A DNA stretch of 64,000 nt from Octopus vulgaris. Taxonomy: Eukaryota. Each line of letters starts with the position of its first letter. Positions within the stretch are counted from its first letter, which is position 1. Below are positions 40,734 to 55,271 of this stretch, one piece after another. The stretch covers positions 8,494,001 through 8,558,000 of the forward strand of contig OX597830.1 of the NCBI GenBank assembly GCA_951406725.2, in the 5' to 3' direction. The notes below the pieces were generated by a model. It saw nothing but the letters and a program-made list of their open reading frames with translations, ran no database searches and had not been told where the DNA came from. The position numbers were made by a program, and so were the translations under genes.

Positions 40734-41611
40734 ATCGACTGATTTATTTACACATCTATCATTGTCTGTCACAAGGTGCCACCGAACCCGGAACCGTGTG
40801 ACTGGGAAGCAAGCTTCTTACCACAATGCCACACCTGCGACGATATAATCTTTTCTAAATTTTATCAACATAGTCAGAATCCGTCGAAGACCTTCCTCAG
40901 CATAATTTTATTTTAAAAATGTGTATTTTCAGAAATTCACATGACAGTCGTCCCAGGCTTTTTATGCTCTTTTGCTCTCTTTTTCTATCTCTCCGCCTGA
41001 CTGGAGAAACCAACCGACCAACCAACTAACCAACCAACCAACCAGCTTTTATATCGCCCGTATATAGACCCAATGCTGTAAGCATAAAAAGAAAAAAACC
41101 TAATAAGAAAAATATTTATTCATTCTTTTCTACATTAGGCTCAAGGCCCGAAATTTTGGGTGAGGAGGCCATTAGATTAGATCGATCTCAGTACGCAACT
41201 GATTGGTACTTAATTTATCCACCCGAAAGGATGACAGGCAAAGTGGACCTCAGCGGAATTTAAACTCAGAACGTAAAGACAGACGAAATATCGCTAAGCA
41301 TTTCGCCCGGCGTGTTAACGTTGTTGCCAGTTCGCCGCTTTAAAATATTTATTCATTGTAATAGTATGTATTTAAGTTACATACTTTAGTATTAATGTAT
41401 TTAATACATAGAATACAAGAGAACGCTAAGTAGAAAAATATTCGTTAAAGAACGGAACACTATTGTTGCAACCTGAATTTGATTATTACAGTAACGATGG
41501 GGGATAACTCTGGATATCTTTCATTCTTATTAAAACTCCTCGGTAAAGTAAAAAGGTACAAATTTTCCAATAATAGGTAGCTTTTCACAATTGTTTTTGA
41601 TCGTTAATTAA

Positions 41612-41840
41612 CTCATTAAGTCCCAGAGTACTTAAATTTCTGAATATTACTTTTAAATTCTTACAGATGATTGAAAATAGGTTAAAATGAAAAAAAACAA
41701 AAAAACTATTAAAACTTCTTTACTTCAAGTAGAAATGGAAATACTCGGTGTCCTATAAATAGGACACTGAGACAATGTGATATAGCTTATTTAATGTTGT
41801 CATCTAGTGTCCTATTTATAGGACAGTGGGACTTAATGGG
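41612..41840. mobile_element. piggyBac-type MITE
   Basis: TTAA on both sides (41608-41611, 41841-41844); 14-bp TIRs C(T/C)CATTAAGTCCCA; internal palindromes GTGTCCTAT..ATAGGACA. Confidence 0.8.
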
Positions 41841-42125
41841 TTAAGACTAATTTCTCTCATTAAAAATTGATAGATGAATAAAGATTAAGTTCAGGTTAGA
41901 CTAACAAATTATTTCCCATTGAGAAATCCAATAACTAGCAGTCCGTCATGATTTAGTCAAACTGCTTGTCATTAAAATTGACATAATTAGTTGAGATAAA
42001 TTAGATAACTTATTATACTGTTATATAATTGCTTTCTACTGCCACCTTGCGACTGTTTAGGAGTTATTAATGGATATTTTGTAAATCATTTTACGACGTT
42101 TACCCACACTTTCAGCTTAACGACG

Positions 42126-42179
<54 letters not shown>

Positions 42180-42180
42180 A

Positions 42181-42273
<93 letters not shown>

Positions 42274-42476
42274 CAAAAGAATTATGTCACTTTGAGAACG
42301 TAAACTAATTCTTTTTAGAAACGGTGAATCTCGAAGCAAATAAAGCTATAAATAAAAGCATGTAGATATTGGGTCATGTATATATATATATATATATATA
42401 TACATATATATATGTAACCACATGTGTATTCTTGGCGATTTTCTTCCTCCGTCTTCCCTTCTTTTGGACTTTCCTC

Positions 42477-42510
42477 TAATTCTGAAGAACTTTGCTCGAA
42501 ACGTAAAATT
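42477..42510 (+). ncRNA. Minimal HHR-like motif
   Basis: aatt-CTGAAGA-actttgctc-GAAA-cg-TA-aaatt; weak stems. Confidence 0.45.
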
Positions 42511-42629
42511 CTCTTTCTTTCCTTTCTTGAGCGTCTGATAATACAGTACTTATACCACGTCCTTGCGTTGTTGTTTTTTTCTCGTTTGTTCTTCTTTGTT
42601 TGGATTCATTATATATATATGTGTGTGTG

Positions 42630-42677
<48 letters not shown>

Positions 42678-42766
42678 GTTGAAATTTACAGAAAAACAAA
42701 AGACGAAGACAGTTGTATAAAAAACAAGCAGGTGTAATAGTTTGACGCTCGGGAAGGTGAGACAGT

Positions 42767-42800
42767 CTCTTACGTTTCGAGCCTACGCTCTTCAACAGAG
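42767..42800 (-). ncRNA. Minimal HHR-like motif (related decayed copy at 3803-3837)
   Basis: ctctg-TTGAAGA-gcgtaggctc-GAAA-cg-TA-agag; C3U change. Confidence 0.4.
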
Positions 42801-43095
42801 AGGAATAACAGGAAAAGAAACAGAGAGAGAATAAAAAAACTTGTGGAGTTAGCGGTCAATCATGGCGACTGGTTGGACAAAGACATTCTTTTATTCTTTT
42901 ACTTGTTTCAGTCATTTGACTGCGGCAAAGCTGGAGCACTCCATTAAAGGTTTTTTTTTTAATCGAAGAAATCGACCCCAGGACTTATTCTTTGTAAGCC
43001 TAGTACTTATTCTATCGGTTTCTTTTGCGGAACCGCTAAGTTACGGGGATGTAAACACACGAACATCGGTTGTCAAGCGATGGTAGGGGGACAAA

Positions 43096-43147
<52 letters not shown>

Positions 43148-43279
43148 CATGTATATATGCCGGGCATCTTTCAGTTTCCGTCTACCAAATCCACTCACAA
43201 GGCTTTGGTCGGTCAGAGGTTATAATAGAAACACTTGCCCAAGTTGCCACACAACGACGTCTCTGCCTATATATGTATG

Positions 43280-43332
<53 letters not shown>

Positions 43333-43394
43333 TTTTATATGTTTCAGCCCCAATGCTCTGGCCATGCTGGAGTATTGCCTCTAACAATGTCGAT

Positions 43395-43515
43395 ATGCTT
43401 TCGGCACTTATGTTTCTCAAGCTGCTCATCCATCTAAGTACTAACTAGGCTCGACACTGCTTAAGTTCGCTCATCAGACGAGAACCATTGCTTTCAGCAT
43501 GATATGGCCATAAGC
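43395..43515 (-). pseudogene. 5S rRNA pseudogene, full length, diverged
   Basis: GCTTATGGCCATATCATGCTGAAAGCAATGGTTCTCGTCTGAT...TTAAGCAG...GTTAGTACTTAGATGG aligns end to end with metazoan 5S; several differences look like CpG decay. Confidence 0.85.
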
Positions 43516-44129
43516 CATAAACACATATATGCATACATATAGATATATGAACTGCATCATTTTTAACAGTGGATCTCGAAGTAGATTAAGATAAATAAAG
43601 CAAGTATGGAAAAGGTAATCTTTTTGTGAACAAGACAGGCATTTTACCATTGGACCAAAGTAAGCTCTCTAATTTTTTCATTTTCAGAATAAAATTTCTA
43701 AAGTCGATAGAGAAATACGAAATATTGCTTTGATCCAATAGTAGAATGCCTGCGATGTTGGCAGGGGTATAGGTTCGAGTCTGATAGACAGCCTTCGACA
43801 TTTTCTATCCAAAGATTTTTCACACAATATTTATGCAATTAGGTAAAAAAGACCGATAGAATAAGGCCCAGACTTTAAAAAAATGAATCTTCATGTCTAT
43901 TTCTGCGACTAAACAATTAAAGATGGAACTCCAGCATGACAACAGGTCAATGACTGAAACAAGTAAAAAAAAAAGCATCATATATATATATACCTAATTT
44001 TCTTTGGGTGTTACCCCGGGAGTTAACCGCATTAATCTCATCCACGGATTCAGTAATTTGAAGATTGTTTTAATATAAACACATGTGTGAAAGTCTATAA
44101 ATATCCGAGGAGTTTTTATAATTACAAAC

Positions 44130-44318
44130 AAGACTGGAGTGTGCGCGAGTCTTTTTAATGCATCAATTTACAATTGTTTCATTGAATTTGATCTCATCAA
44201 TCTTTGCCATATTATGACATTTACTAATCTTGCCAAATTCTGGCAAGATTCATGAGACCAAATTCAAATAAAACAATTATAAATTCATGTATTAAAAACA
44301 CTCGCTCACTCCAGTCTT
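44130..44318. repeat. Old imperfect fold-back (MITE-like)
   Basis: aagactggagtg...ttgaatttgatctcat vs atgagaccaaattcaa...cactccagtctt. Confidence 0.65.
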
Positions 44319-44354
44319 CTTGTTTCTATACACACACACGCGCGCACACACACA

Positions 44355-44394
<40 letters not shown>

Positions 44395-44440
44395 TTTATA
44401 ATTACTGTTTTATTAAAGGCAAAAAAAAAAAAACTTCACA

Positions 44441-44483
44441 AACTGTTACTCAGAGTTTCATGTAACTGTTAGTCAGAGGGTTG
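44441..44483 (-). ncRNA. Degenerate type I HHR
   Basis: CTGACTA-...-GAAA-ctctgag-TA-acagtt; core and stem I mutated. Confidence 0.3.
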
Positions 44484-44496
44484 TGATAAAGCCACA

Positions 44497-44538
<42 letters not shown>

Positions 44539-44907
44539 TGGGTTCGAGTCCCGCACTTACGAGAAAACCTTTTTTTTTTGTCGAGGGCTTATAGGCCCCT
44601 TTATTAGACTATTTTCCTTAGTCATTGCACAGTGATCGCATAAGCTTTAAGCTTATAGGATAAATACCATTATTATTATTATTTACAGGATTGTAAAACT
44701 CGACATTGCTTAACAAAACCATTCGTACACACACACACACACACATGTATGTATGTATGAATGTATGTAAGTATGGAAGATTATAAAGCTCGTCCGCCTA
44801 CAAATTTACCCTGTGCTATTCACTAGTAGTTTTATACGTACTTCCAGGTTTCCAGGGTGTCTGTCGTGTGTGAACAGATAATTGAAAAATTAAGTGTGTG
44901 TGTGTGT

Positions 44908-44975
<68 letters not shown>

Positions 44976-44999
44976 ATAGATAAATTTATCACATAATTT

Positions 45000-45340
45000 G
45001 ATTCTTAAAGAGAATATTGAAGATAGGATAACATGGCTAGGGAAAGTGTCTAATGAAGAAGTGATGACCCGGGCTGCGATGAATAGGGAACTGCTTTGGG
45101 AGAACAGGACCAAGCAATCGAGAATTTTTGGTCATATGACGAGGAAAGAGAGCCTGTAGAATTTAGCGATGACTGGAAAGATTCAAAGGTAAAGAAGTAG
45201 AGAAAGGGGACAGATGATATTGATCTCAAACTTAACGAACTGGTTGTAAGAAAGAGGCATTAAACACCAGAAAGTGGAACTGCTGCAGAGAACAAGGAAC
45301 TGAGAATTCTAGCAGAACATGGTCGCTTATATGCTGAATT
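45000..45340 (+). pseudogene. RTE-clade LINE 3' fragment
   Basis: KVSNEEVMTRA...RIFGHMTRKESL*NLAMTGKIQR*RSR resembles the RTE C-terminus. Confidence 0.7.
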
Positions 45341-46461
45341 CTGAACATGGTGCAAAAGAAGAATACCAATAATTTACTTCTAGTTTGCGCCTTTTATACT
45401 CCCCAATATCAAATATGTGAATACCCACTTGTATATATACTACTCTTTTCTACTCTAGGCACAAGGCCCGAAATTTGTGGGGAGGGGTCAGTCTATTAGA
45501 TCAATCCCAGTACGCAACTGGTACTTAATTTATCGACCCCCAAAGGATGAAAGGCAAAGTCGACCTCGGCCGAAGTTGAACTCAAAACGTAAAGACAGAC
45601 AAAGTACTTATTTCTTTACTGTCCACAAGGGGCTATACATAGAGGGGAGAGACAAACGGATTTAGTCGATCATATCGACCCAAGTGCGTAACTGGTACTT
45701 ATTTAATCGACTCCGAAAGGATGAAAGGCAAAGTCGACCTCGGCGGAATTTGAACTCAGAACGTAACGGCAGACGAAATACCGCTGTGCTAACGATTCTG
45801 CCAGCTCGCCGCCTTAAACTTCTGTCGGTATTCTTTTCTACTCTGGGCACAAGGCACGAAATATGTTGGGAAGGGGGTCAGTCGACTAGATCAATCCCGG
45901 TACGCGACTGGTACTTAATTTATCCACCCCGAAAGGATGAAAGGCAAAGTCGACCTCGGCGGAATTTGAATTCAGAACGTAAAGACAGGTGGAATACAGG
46001 TGAGCCTTTCGCCCGGCATGCTAACGTGTCTGCCAGTTCGCTGCCTTTGAATATATACTATTACAGCTATTTTTGTTAACCCTATATTAGAATAGGCCAA
46101 TACTCACTCAAATGCATAAAATTACATGGAATAATTACTTTCCTAGTAAGCTTATTTCTTAAGCTTTCTGTAAATATATTAATACTGACTTGAATTTAGA
46201 ATATTAAACGGATTTTTTATGACCCCTGTAGTAGCTGGGCCAATACTAATGTATTTTCCTCTTAATATTTTACATGTTTCAGTCCTTGGACTACGGCCAT
46301 GCTGGAGTACCCCCAAGAAGGGTTTTAGTCGAACGAACCGATTCCAACATTTCTTTTCATTTTTTATTAATACTACTCTTTACTCTATCGGAAACTATTG
46401 CTGAACCGCTAAGTGACGTAGATGTAAACACATCAACACCGGTGATCAAGCGTTGGTGGAG

Positions 46462-46536
<75 letters not shown>

Positions 46537-47606
46537 TACATACATACATACGTACACACGCACATATGTCTATAGGAAGGGCTTCTTTCACTTTCCATCT
46601 TTGCTCGGCTCAGGTTTAAAGTAAGCGACTCTTGCCCAAAGTGCCACTTAGTGGGACTGAACTAGAAACCGTGTATTTGGAGGAAAAAAAAATTTTCCTA
46701 CACCACTATGCCTGTATCTCTTATTTTTCATATTTTTCTTGTTGCAGTCATTAGACTACGGCCATGCTGGGGCACCGCTCGCAAGAATTTTGTTGCCGAA
46801 TGAATCAGCTTTTTCTTTTTAAACATGATGCTTATTCTATCGGTCTCGTTTGTCAAACAGCTACGTTATGGGGATATAAATACACCAACACGAGCGGAAG
46901 TACGGGACAAACACAAACGCAATGACAACACACACACATGCATATATGAATACATATATATATATATGCATTTATATTTATGCTTATGTATATATATATG
47001 TATATTCTTTTTATTCTTTTATTCTTTTATTTGCTTCAGTCATTTGACTGCGGCCATGCTGAAGCACCGCCTTTAGTCGAGCAAATCGACTCAAGACTTA
47101 TTCTTTGTAAGCCTAGTACTTATTCTATAGGTCTTTCAATTTCCGTCTACGAAATCAACTAACAATTAGTCGGCTCAAGGTTATATTAGAATATACTTGG
47201 CCAAGGTGCCACACAGTCAAACTGAACCCGGAACCCTATGGTTGGCAAGCAAACCTCTTACTATGCACCATCATTCCTGTATAAATGCATAACATTCCAA
47301 CGAATCGTTACCTTTCTCGTTAGTTTATTTTTTAGTCGACCCCCCATATTAGATGTATTAACCCTGATTTAAATATAGATTATCACTGAGCCTGCATCTT
47401 CTTTAATCCAATTCTCAAATTCGTTTTTCTATTTCAGTGATGGAGCAAAATTATTGATGCGTGTTGGACGACATCTTTGTACGACTTTGATGTCCCAAAA
47501 TAGTTTCGCTGAAGCTCAGATGTTTAACACTTATGACGTCAAAATTCAGGTATTTTTGTGATTACCAGGGAGAGCAGTTTTAATTAACTTCGGATCAAGC
47601 AGTTAA

Positions 47607-47651
<45 letters not shown>

Positions 47652-47659
47652 TGTGTGTT

Positions 47660-47712
<53 letters not shown>

Positions 47713-47740
47713 CATACATACATATATATATATAATATAC

Positions 47741-47779
<39 letters not shown>

Positions 47780-47951
47780 TATATGTACATATTTAATTTG
47801 TATTTTATGTGTCTAATATGGTGGATTTCTGTGTATATGTGGATATGAAGTTTATTGTTGCTGTTGTTGTTTTTAATTATTTGGGATGTCTACTTAGAAG
47901 AAGTATTTCTGGGTCTTTAACGCAACATTAATATCCAGAAACGATACATAG

Positions 47952-47987
<36 letters not shown>

Positions 47988-48946
47988 TATAAATAAATGT
48001 GAGATAATTAGTCTAACAGTTTCAAGCTTATATGCTTGTGTAAGTATTAGTGTGCGTGTGTGTATATATACCATATTTGACAAACTTTGTTCTTCGTATG
48101 TACTTGATTGTATAGTTATTGTCTTTATAATGTATGTGTTCATGTATAGATGTGTAGACAACGGGGTCACTGGTCTCATTCATCCCCCGCATTCTGGCCG
48201 ATGCTAATTCCTGGTTTGTCTGTCGCTGTCCTGTAATTTTTTTCATTCTGCCCAAAAACTTAGCAACGGAATCATTGCTCTCTGTTGATGATATGAATAT
48301 GTTTGAATATTTAACTTGACCTTTATGCTTGAAGTCTATGCGGTCATCTGATGAGAACGGTTTTCTTTGTAATGATGTAATCCTTTCATTGATCAATTAA
48401 AGGTGCTAGTCATACTTTTTGACTCCCCCTCGTATATACATATATATATACACATACATATCCGCATTAACTCACATGCAACGTAAAGATTCGGTTTAAA
48501 TCATAAATTTGACCTAAAGAATGGCGATATTGTTAAGAATATAAGTTTATGCTTATACATGCATTAATGAACATACAGTAGTAGAGACGTTATGTACCTG
48601 TGGATGTTGGAGTCTGACGCGTCGTCTATAAGGTTAAGTTAAGTTAAGTTAAATTTTTGGCTCAAAAAGCAAAAGCAAGGCCATGTAGGGGGAATGTAGG
48701 TTAAGCCATGTAGGTTAAGGCCATGTAGGTCAAGCGCTTTATGGTTGTGAACCCAATGCTCACTCTGTGACTGACCATAAGAAACAACTTTTTAAATCGC
48801 TGGCTTACCAGCCACATGGTTCTGGGTTCAGTCCCACTGAGTGGCACCTTGGGCAAGTGTCTTCTATTATAGCCTCGGGCCGACCAAAGCCTTGTGAGTG
48901 GATTTGGTTGACTGAAACTGAAAGAAGCCCGTCGCATATATGTGTG

Positions 48947-49018
<72 letters not shown>

Positions 49019-49740
49019 ATACGCATATCTCGAAAAAGGTTGCCTATGTTAAATTTAATTTTCCTTAATTTATTGTACCTTTGAGACTTCAGTGTTTCCT
49101 AGAGCAGTGTGACCCGTGTGATGAGCAGCTGTGCCTCATGCGGCCCGCTTCTCGAGAAAGGTTACCTACGCCGCTCATAAATGATAGTTGTGTTTGTAAT
49201 GGCGGTTATGATGTGTGGTGGCGGAATGTTATGACAGGGAAGTGATGCTGAGGTAGTCGTTATGATGCGAAGAAGAATGGAAGTCGTAAAGAGATGGCGG
49301 CGGTGGCGGTGGTTGCCGAAGTGGTAATGGTGGCAGTGATCTTCAATGAAAGACCGCTAAATACGAGGTATGCTGTTCCCCTTAATTTGTCTTTTAAAGT
49401 TGTTGGAGTTAATTTTTCGACGGTTTGTCTCCTTAAATTATTTTTGAGACATTAGAGTATCTTTAAAAGAGGTTTTATCGAGTGAACACCAGAGAAAAAA
49501 ACAAAACAAAACAAATCAGATAGACAGAGGGGGAAAAGGAGGAGGGGAGGAGAAAGAGAGAGTGTGAGGGGGAAAGAGTTAGGGAGAGAAGAGAGTGACG
49601 GGGGAGACGGGGGAAGGCTTGGACTGAAAAGTGAAAATAACAACAATAACAACAAGTTTTACTTGTCCGAAGATCTTACACCAGCATGAGAAATTGACCA
49701 GAGGTCAGACGTCACGACGCCAATCAAGTATTTCGACATA

Positions 49741-49793
<53 letters not shown>

Positions 49794-49853
49794 ATACATT
49801 CTCCTCACTCCCCTCATTTATAAGTATACATGAGTCTGTGTGTGTGTGTGTGC

Positions 49854-49891
<38 letters not shown>

Positions 49892-49964
49892 TTGTGTATG
49901 TGTATGTATATATATATATATATATACTATATATATGCTTATATACATATATGTATATACTTAC

Positions 49965-50018
<54 letters not shown>

Positions 50019-50194
50019 AATACATGTGCATATATATCATATATACATACATATACATATATATATATATGAGTGTGTGTATATAGCATTAAGAATATAC
50101 ATATATGTTTGTATGCGTGAATGTAAATACAGGGTCTGATTGTAGATGTTCAGTGGGTCCACTTGGAGTTGTGTTATTACTGCTGCTGCTGCTG

Positions 50195-50240
<46 letters not shown>

Positions 50241-50724
50241 ATTTAACAGTTGCTTCCGCTTTAGGCACCTAAGGAGTAGTAGGGACCCTGGTTGAGAAAC
50301 GCTGGTTTAGCAGTAAACGTAAACCATTCCATGAGCCCTGGTTCAGTTCTCTTTCATTTCAGCTGCCACATCATTAATGAGCCACAGGATTAGAATATCG
50401 AAGAGTCGAGAGGTTCTCTATTCCTACTCGCGAATATATAACGTATAAACAAATATTTTATTTCTTTACTACCCACAAGGGGCTAAACACAGAGAGGACA
50501 AACAAGGACAGACAAGGGGATTAAGTCGATTACATCGGCCCCAGTGATTTACTGGTACATATTTAATCGACCCCGAAAGGATGAAAGGTAAAGTCAACCT
50601 CGGCGAAATTTGAACTCAGAACGTAACGGCAAACGAAATTCTGCTAGCTCGCCGCCTTTTGACAACTTTGTACTTATTACTTAGTCATATTGGTTCGAAG
50701 TTGGCGACTGGCTCTTACTGCATA

Positions 50725-50776
<52 letters not shown>

Positions 50777-50839
50777 CGTGCGTGGATGTGGCATCTTGGG
50801 CAAGTGTTTGTTTGTTTTTTTACTATAGAAGTGGTTGTT

Positions 50840-51685
50840 TTCTGAAAATTAGTCATGGTTCTGCATATGAAACCATCCACCACAAGTTTCGTTTCCGTAA
50901 AGTCTGTGCGAGAAAGGAACAAAGAGAGATTTCCGAATCTCATAAGTTCAGTCGTGTGAAGATCTGTCAACGCTTAATCGACCGCTTCAACGATGAAGGC
51001 GAAGCTTTTTTGTTTTTTGTTTAGAAAGAATAGTCATAGGAGATGTGACTTTGAGTCCATCACTTTGAGTCTGAATCAAAAGGACAGAGTACAGAATGGA
51101 AAAACCCAGATTCACCAGCAAAACCGGAAATCAAGGCTCCAACTTTCCGCAAAAAATTGATGCTAACTGATTTTTGGGATCCAGAAGGATCTATATCAGA
51201 ACATTACCTGGAAAAGGGGTCTATAGTCACCAGTGTAAGTTAGAGGGAAATGCTGGCCAACAAACTGTAACCAGCGATTCGCATCAAATGCCAAGGTCTG
51301 TTGTGAAAGAAAGTGTTATTGTTGGCCGATAATGCAAACCCACATTGACGAAACCAGTAAAAACTTGGGGTTCGATTTGCTGGAACACTCTGCATACAGT
51401 CCAGATTTCCACCCTTCCGACTATCACATTCTTGGACCGCTCAAACATCCTTTACGAGGTCGTCGATTTGCTACGGACTAAGAAGCGCAAGAAGCGGTTC
51501 ATAAACGGCTGCACGATCAGCCGAAAATCTTTTTTCTCTTATGGAATAATCAAGCTTGTGGACCGCTGGAAGAAGTGCATCGAAAAAACAAGGAGACTAT
51601 GTTTGGAATACGATGTAATTGCTCGAATCTTCCTTTTGTCTTTATAAATTACAAGAACAAGAGTGCGCGATATTTTTGACTTACC

Positions 51686-51689
<4 letters not shown>
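50840..51689 (+). mobile_element. Decayed mariner transposon, 5'-truncated, right TIR present
   Basis: ISHGSAYETIHHK..RKVCAR, RIVIGD, LLLADNANPH, YSPDF..PSDYHILGPLK, KLVDRWKKCIEK; ends ...GACTTACCCTCG followed by TA. Confidence 0.9.
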
Positions 51690-51736
<47 letters not shown>

Positions 51737-51795
51737 GTTTATATATGTATATATATTTTTCTTCCCATATAAATATCTATCTATCTATCTATCTT

Positions 51796-51868
<73 letters not shown>

Positions 51869-52400
51869 GTATGAATAAAATTTAAATAATGAGGGTGATA
51901 AATTGAATATTAATTTAATTAACATCAATTTAAAGCCAGTAGCCTAGCATATAGAAAATTCAGAAAATTTTTTTTGTTCTGGTGTTTGCTGAATTTCTCT
52001 AGAGAACATTCTTTTCTTTGTAGTTAGATCGTAGATGATCTTCTTCTAGCATATTGGATGTCCACTTAGTGGTCATCCCTTATTATACGCATATATATAT
52101 ATATATATTAAAAATAACCGTCGATAGATATGGATGTATAACCGCCCTCGGGCAAGCTGCATGTCGCGAGTACACTCGCTCAAACAAGCATCCACAAAAA
52201 TGTGAGCATACGCTCACGTGAGGTTTGGAGCACTCATGATCACAAATCGTGTTTGTTATCTACTTGGTGTTTATGAGAATGGGAAGGTTAAAAGTAAACT
52301 TAAGCCATCCATAACTTAAAGTAAATTAAATTGCATTAAGTGAACGGTTACTCAAAATTCTCACTTCATTATATATGAATATATATATACATATGGGCGC

Positions 52401-52458
<58 letters not shown>

Positions 52459-52624
52459 GGTGCAGGCGTGGCTGGGTGGTTTAGGGTGGTTTAAAATTTG
52501 CTTCCCAAGTCCATGGTTCTGGATTCAGTCCCACCACGAATTTTATTAATTTAATGCAGTAATTAAGATATTACATCATAATATATAATCCACCATCATC
52601 AGATAAAATTTTCAACAGGTAAGA

Positions 52625-53300
52625 TTTCAGACATCGGCCTCGACATCGTTAATATTCGTTAATCTAGGGCACATTGTGAACGAGTGAATGAAGCTGACCA
52701 AAAAAAAGAGAAGACAAAAGAACACACGAGTTCGTAAGAATGGTTCTTTGGGAAGTGTATGGCAAGCATGGAGTGGACAGAGCAAAGACGTGATATGGGC
52801 TAATCCCCCAGAAGAAGGAAATAATTGAGAATGACATGATAAAGACATTGTGAGATGTAATGATCCAGTGTGATTAGGAAATTGAACATCGAAAGCCGGA
52901 AATAGTGGTTGTGATTAAGGAGGAGGATCAAACCTTGTTTAATCACGGATATTGGATGCCCTGGTGATGACTGAGTATCGGGAAAAAGAAAAAGGGAAGC
53001 AGGCCAGATACGATGGTTTAAAGAGGGACATGAAAAGATATTGGTCGTTGAAGAAGGCAAGTGATAATTGAAGGAGCAACCCATTGCTGTTGGAACCTGG
53101 AGAACAATAAGTACCAAAATCACAAACTGGTTTGAAAAGATAGGAGTAAATTTAGAGATAGGAACAGGACAGGAAAGAGTATTGATTGGATCTGCACGAA
53201 TCCCCTGCAGAATTCTCGAAGTTTGATTGAAGAATGCTACCTTAGTCCACGGGTTGCGGACAGCTGACACTGTCCTTCATTCTCAGCGAAGTAGCTTTTT
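52625..53300 (+). pseudogene. R4/Dong-like LINE 3' end (REL endonuclease region)
   Basis: IENDMIKTL*DVMIQCD*EIEHRKPEIVVV...ITNWFEKIGV...VLIGSARI; runs directly into (AAT)n. Confidence 0.7.
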
Positions 53301-53302
53301 TT

Positions 53303-53351
<49 letters not shown>

Positions 53352-53356
53352 CCCTC

Positions 53357-53877
53357 ATGCAGTACCAGGCAGTGGATTTCATGGCTTCTCATCTTAACAG
53401 ATTGGAAGTGTTATCATGTACATAGTTTTGTCTTAGTATAAAAGATGGGCTACAGCAAATATTCTGCTCAACACCACAGATTTGCTTGTCAGTTGTTTGA
53501 CCTTAACCAGTTGAGCATGTCCCTTGGTGGCTGACGATATGTGCATCTCTGATCATGAGCAGAAGTAGTGGGGGAGCATCATAGCCATGTGTTGAGAGGA
53601 ATTCTTTCGGGTTTGTATAATTCACCTCTGGAACCATGGGTGTTTCGTTCATCATCTTTAAACATCCCTTATTCAGGGACCTTTTGAACAGGATGGATTA
53701 CTCGACCTGAAGAAAATTCTAACTGGACCCCACCTGCAAGGTCATGCGCTGTTTATCTTAATATGAGATCACCATGTCACGCACATATGGTTGCGATGCA
53801 TAGTCATGATGGGTATATTGGGCTTCGTATATTTGTACCCCAGTGTCACTTTGATGACATGCACTGCTCTCTCACTC
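53357..53877 (+). mobile_element. Non-coding ~520-550-bp repeat (family C) embedded in (AAT)n
   Basis: Matches 56802-57349 (minus) and partial copies 55477-55658 (plus) and 58532-58654 (minus); all end CTCACTC at an AAT-type repeat. Confidence 0.85.
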
Positions 53878-53902
53878 AATAATAGTAGTAGTAGAAGTAG
53901 TA

Positions 53903-53969
<67 letters not shown>

Positions 53970-54887
53970 TAATAACAATAATAATAATAATTACTATAGA
54001 CAAAACGCCTGAAATTTGGCAAGTCGATTACATCGACCCAAGTGTGTAACTGGTACTTATTTAATCGACCCCGAAAGGATAAAAAACAAAATCACCTCGA
54101 CAGAATTTGAGCTCGAACGTAAAGCCAGAAAACTTGCTGCTCAGCGTTTTGTCCGGCGTGCTAATGATTCTGCCATCTCGCCATCTTAACAACAACAATA
54201 ATAATATTCCTTTCTGCTATAGGCACAAGGTCTGAAATTTTGAGGGAGGGAGCAAGTCAATTACACCAACCCCTATACTCAACTGATACTTATTTCATCG
54301 AACTCGAAAGGATGAAAGGCAAAGTTGACTTTGGCGGAATTTGAACTCAGAACGTGGAGACGGATGAAATGCCGCTAAGCATTTTGTCTGGGGCTCTAAC
54401 GGTTCTGCTAACTCGCCTCGCTATGCATAAATCGGGGGTATTATAAATAAAGGGGGAAATGGTTTTGTAGGTCTAGACCTTTTCTCACAACCCGTGGTAC
54501 GTTTTCCACTGCAAAACCTACACCAATAAAAGGAAAAAAATGCTGTAAATCTCATATTTCCCCTTTATATACACCACATATGTGTGTATGTGTGCATATA
54601 TATAACGTATGTGTATTTATATACACAGCGTATATGTAAATATATACATGAGCGAACGCATAGCCGTCAACTTTACGTTACGAGAAAATAAAGTAAAATA
54701 GAATAAAATAAACGAGGTTTTGTTGAAGGCGCCCAATTGAAAGAAGGAGAAAGAAAAAAAATCACAGTCAACAGCGAATGACAGGATATTTAATCACATC
54801 TAAATAAATGATTGTGTGTAGGGGGCGTGCGGGGTTGGACGAGGGCGGCGGACTGTGATGCGATTAAAACGGGGTTTTGTTTCGTTT

Positions 54888-54888
54888 C

Positions 54889-54968
<80 letters not shown>

Positions 54969-55049
54969 TAGCAATAGTAGTAAAAATAGCAATGATAATG
55001 GTAATAATAATGATGATGATAGTAATTATGATGATGATGGATGATGATG

Positions 55050-55110
<61 letters not shown>

Positions 55111-55174
55111 GTAATACTACTACTACTAGTGCTACTACTACAACTAGTACTGCTACTACTACTACTACTACTAC

Positions 55175-55205
<31 letters not shown>

Positions 55206-55271
55206 ACTACTACTACTACTACTACTAATAATAATAATAATAATAATAATAACAACATTAATAATAATAAC

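Noticed and set aside
43395-43515. Functional 5S rRNA gene
   Set aside because: Many substitutions including in the A and C boxes, solitary copy, and no oligo-T terminator directly downstream.
47440-47545. Faint piggyBac transposase similarity (LMSQNSF vs MSRNRF)
   Set aside because: Too short and diverged to call by eye.
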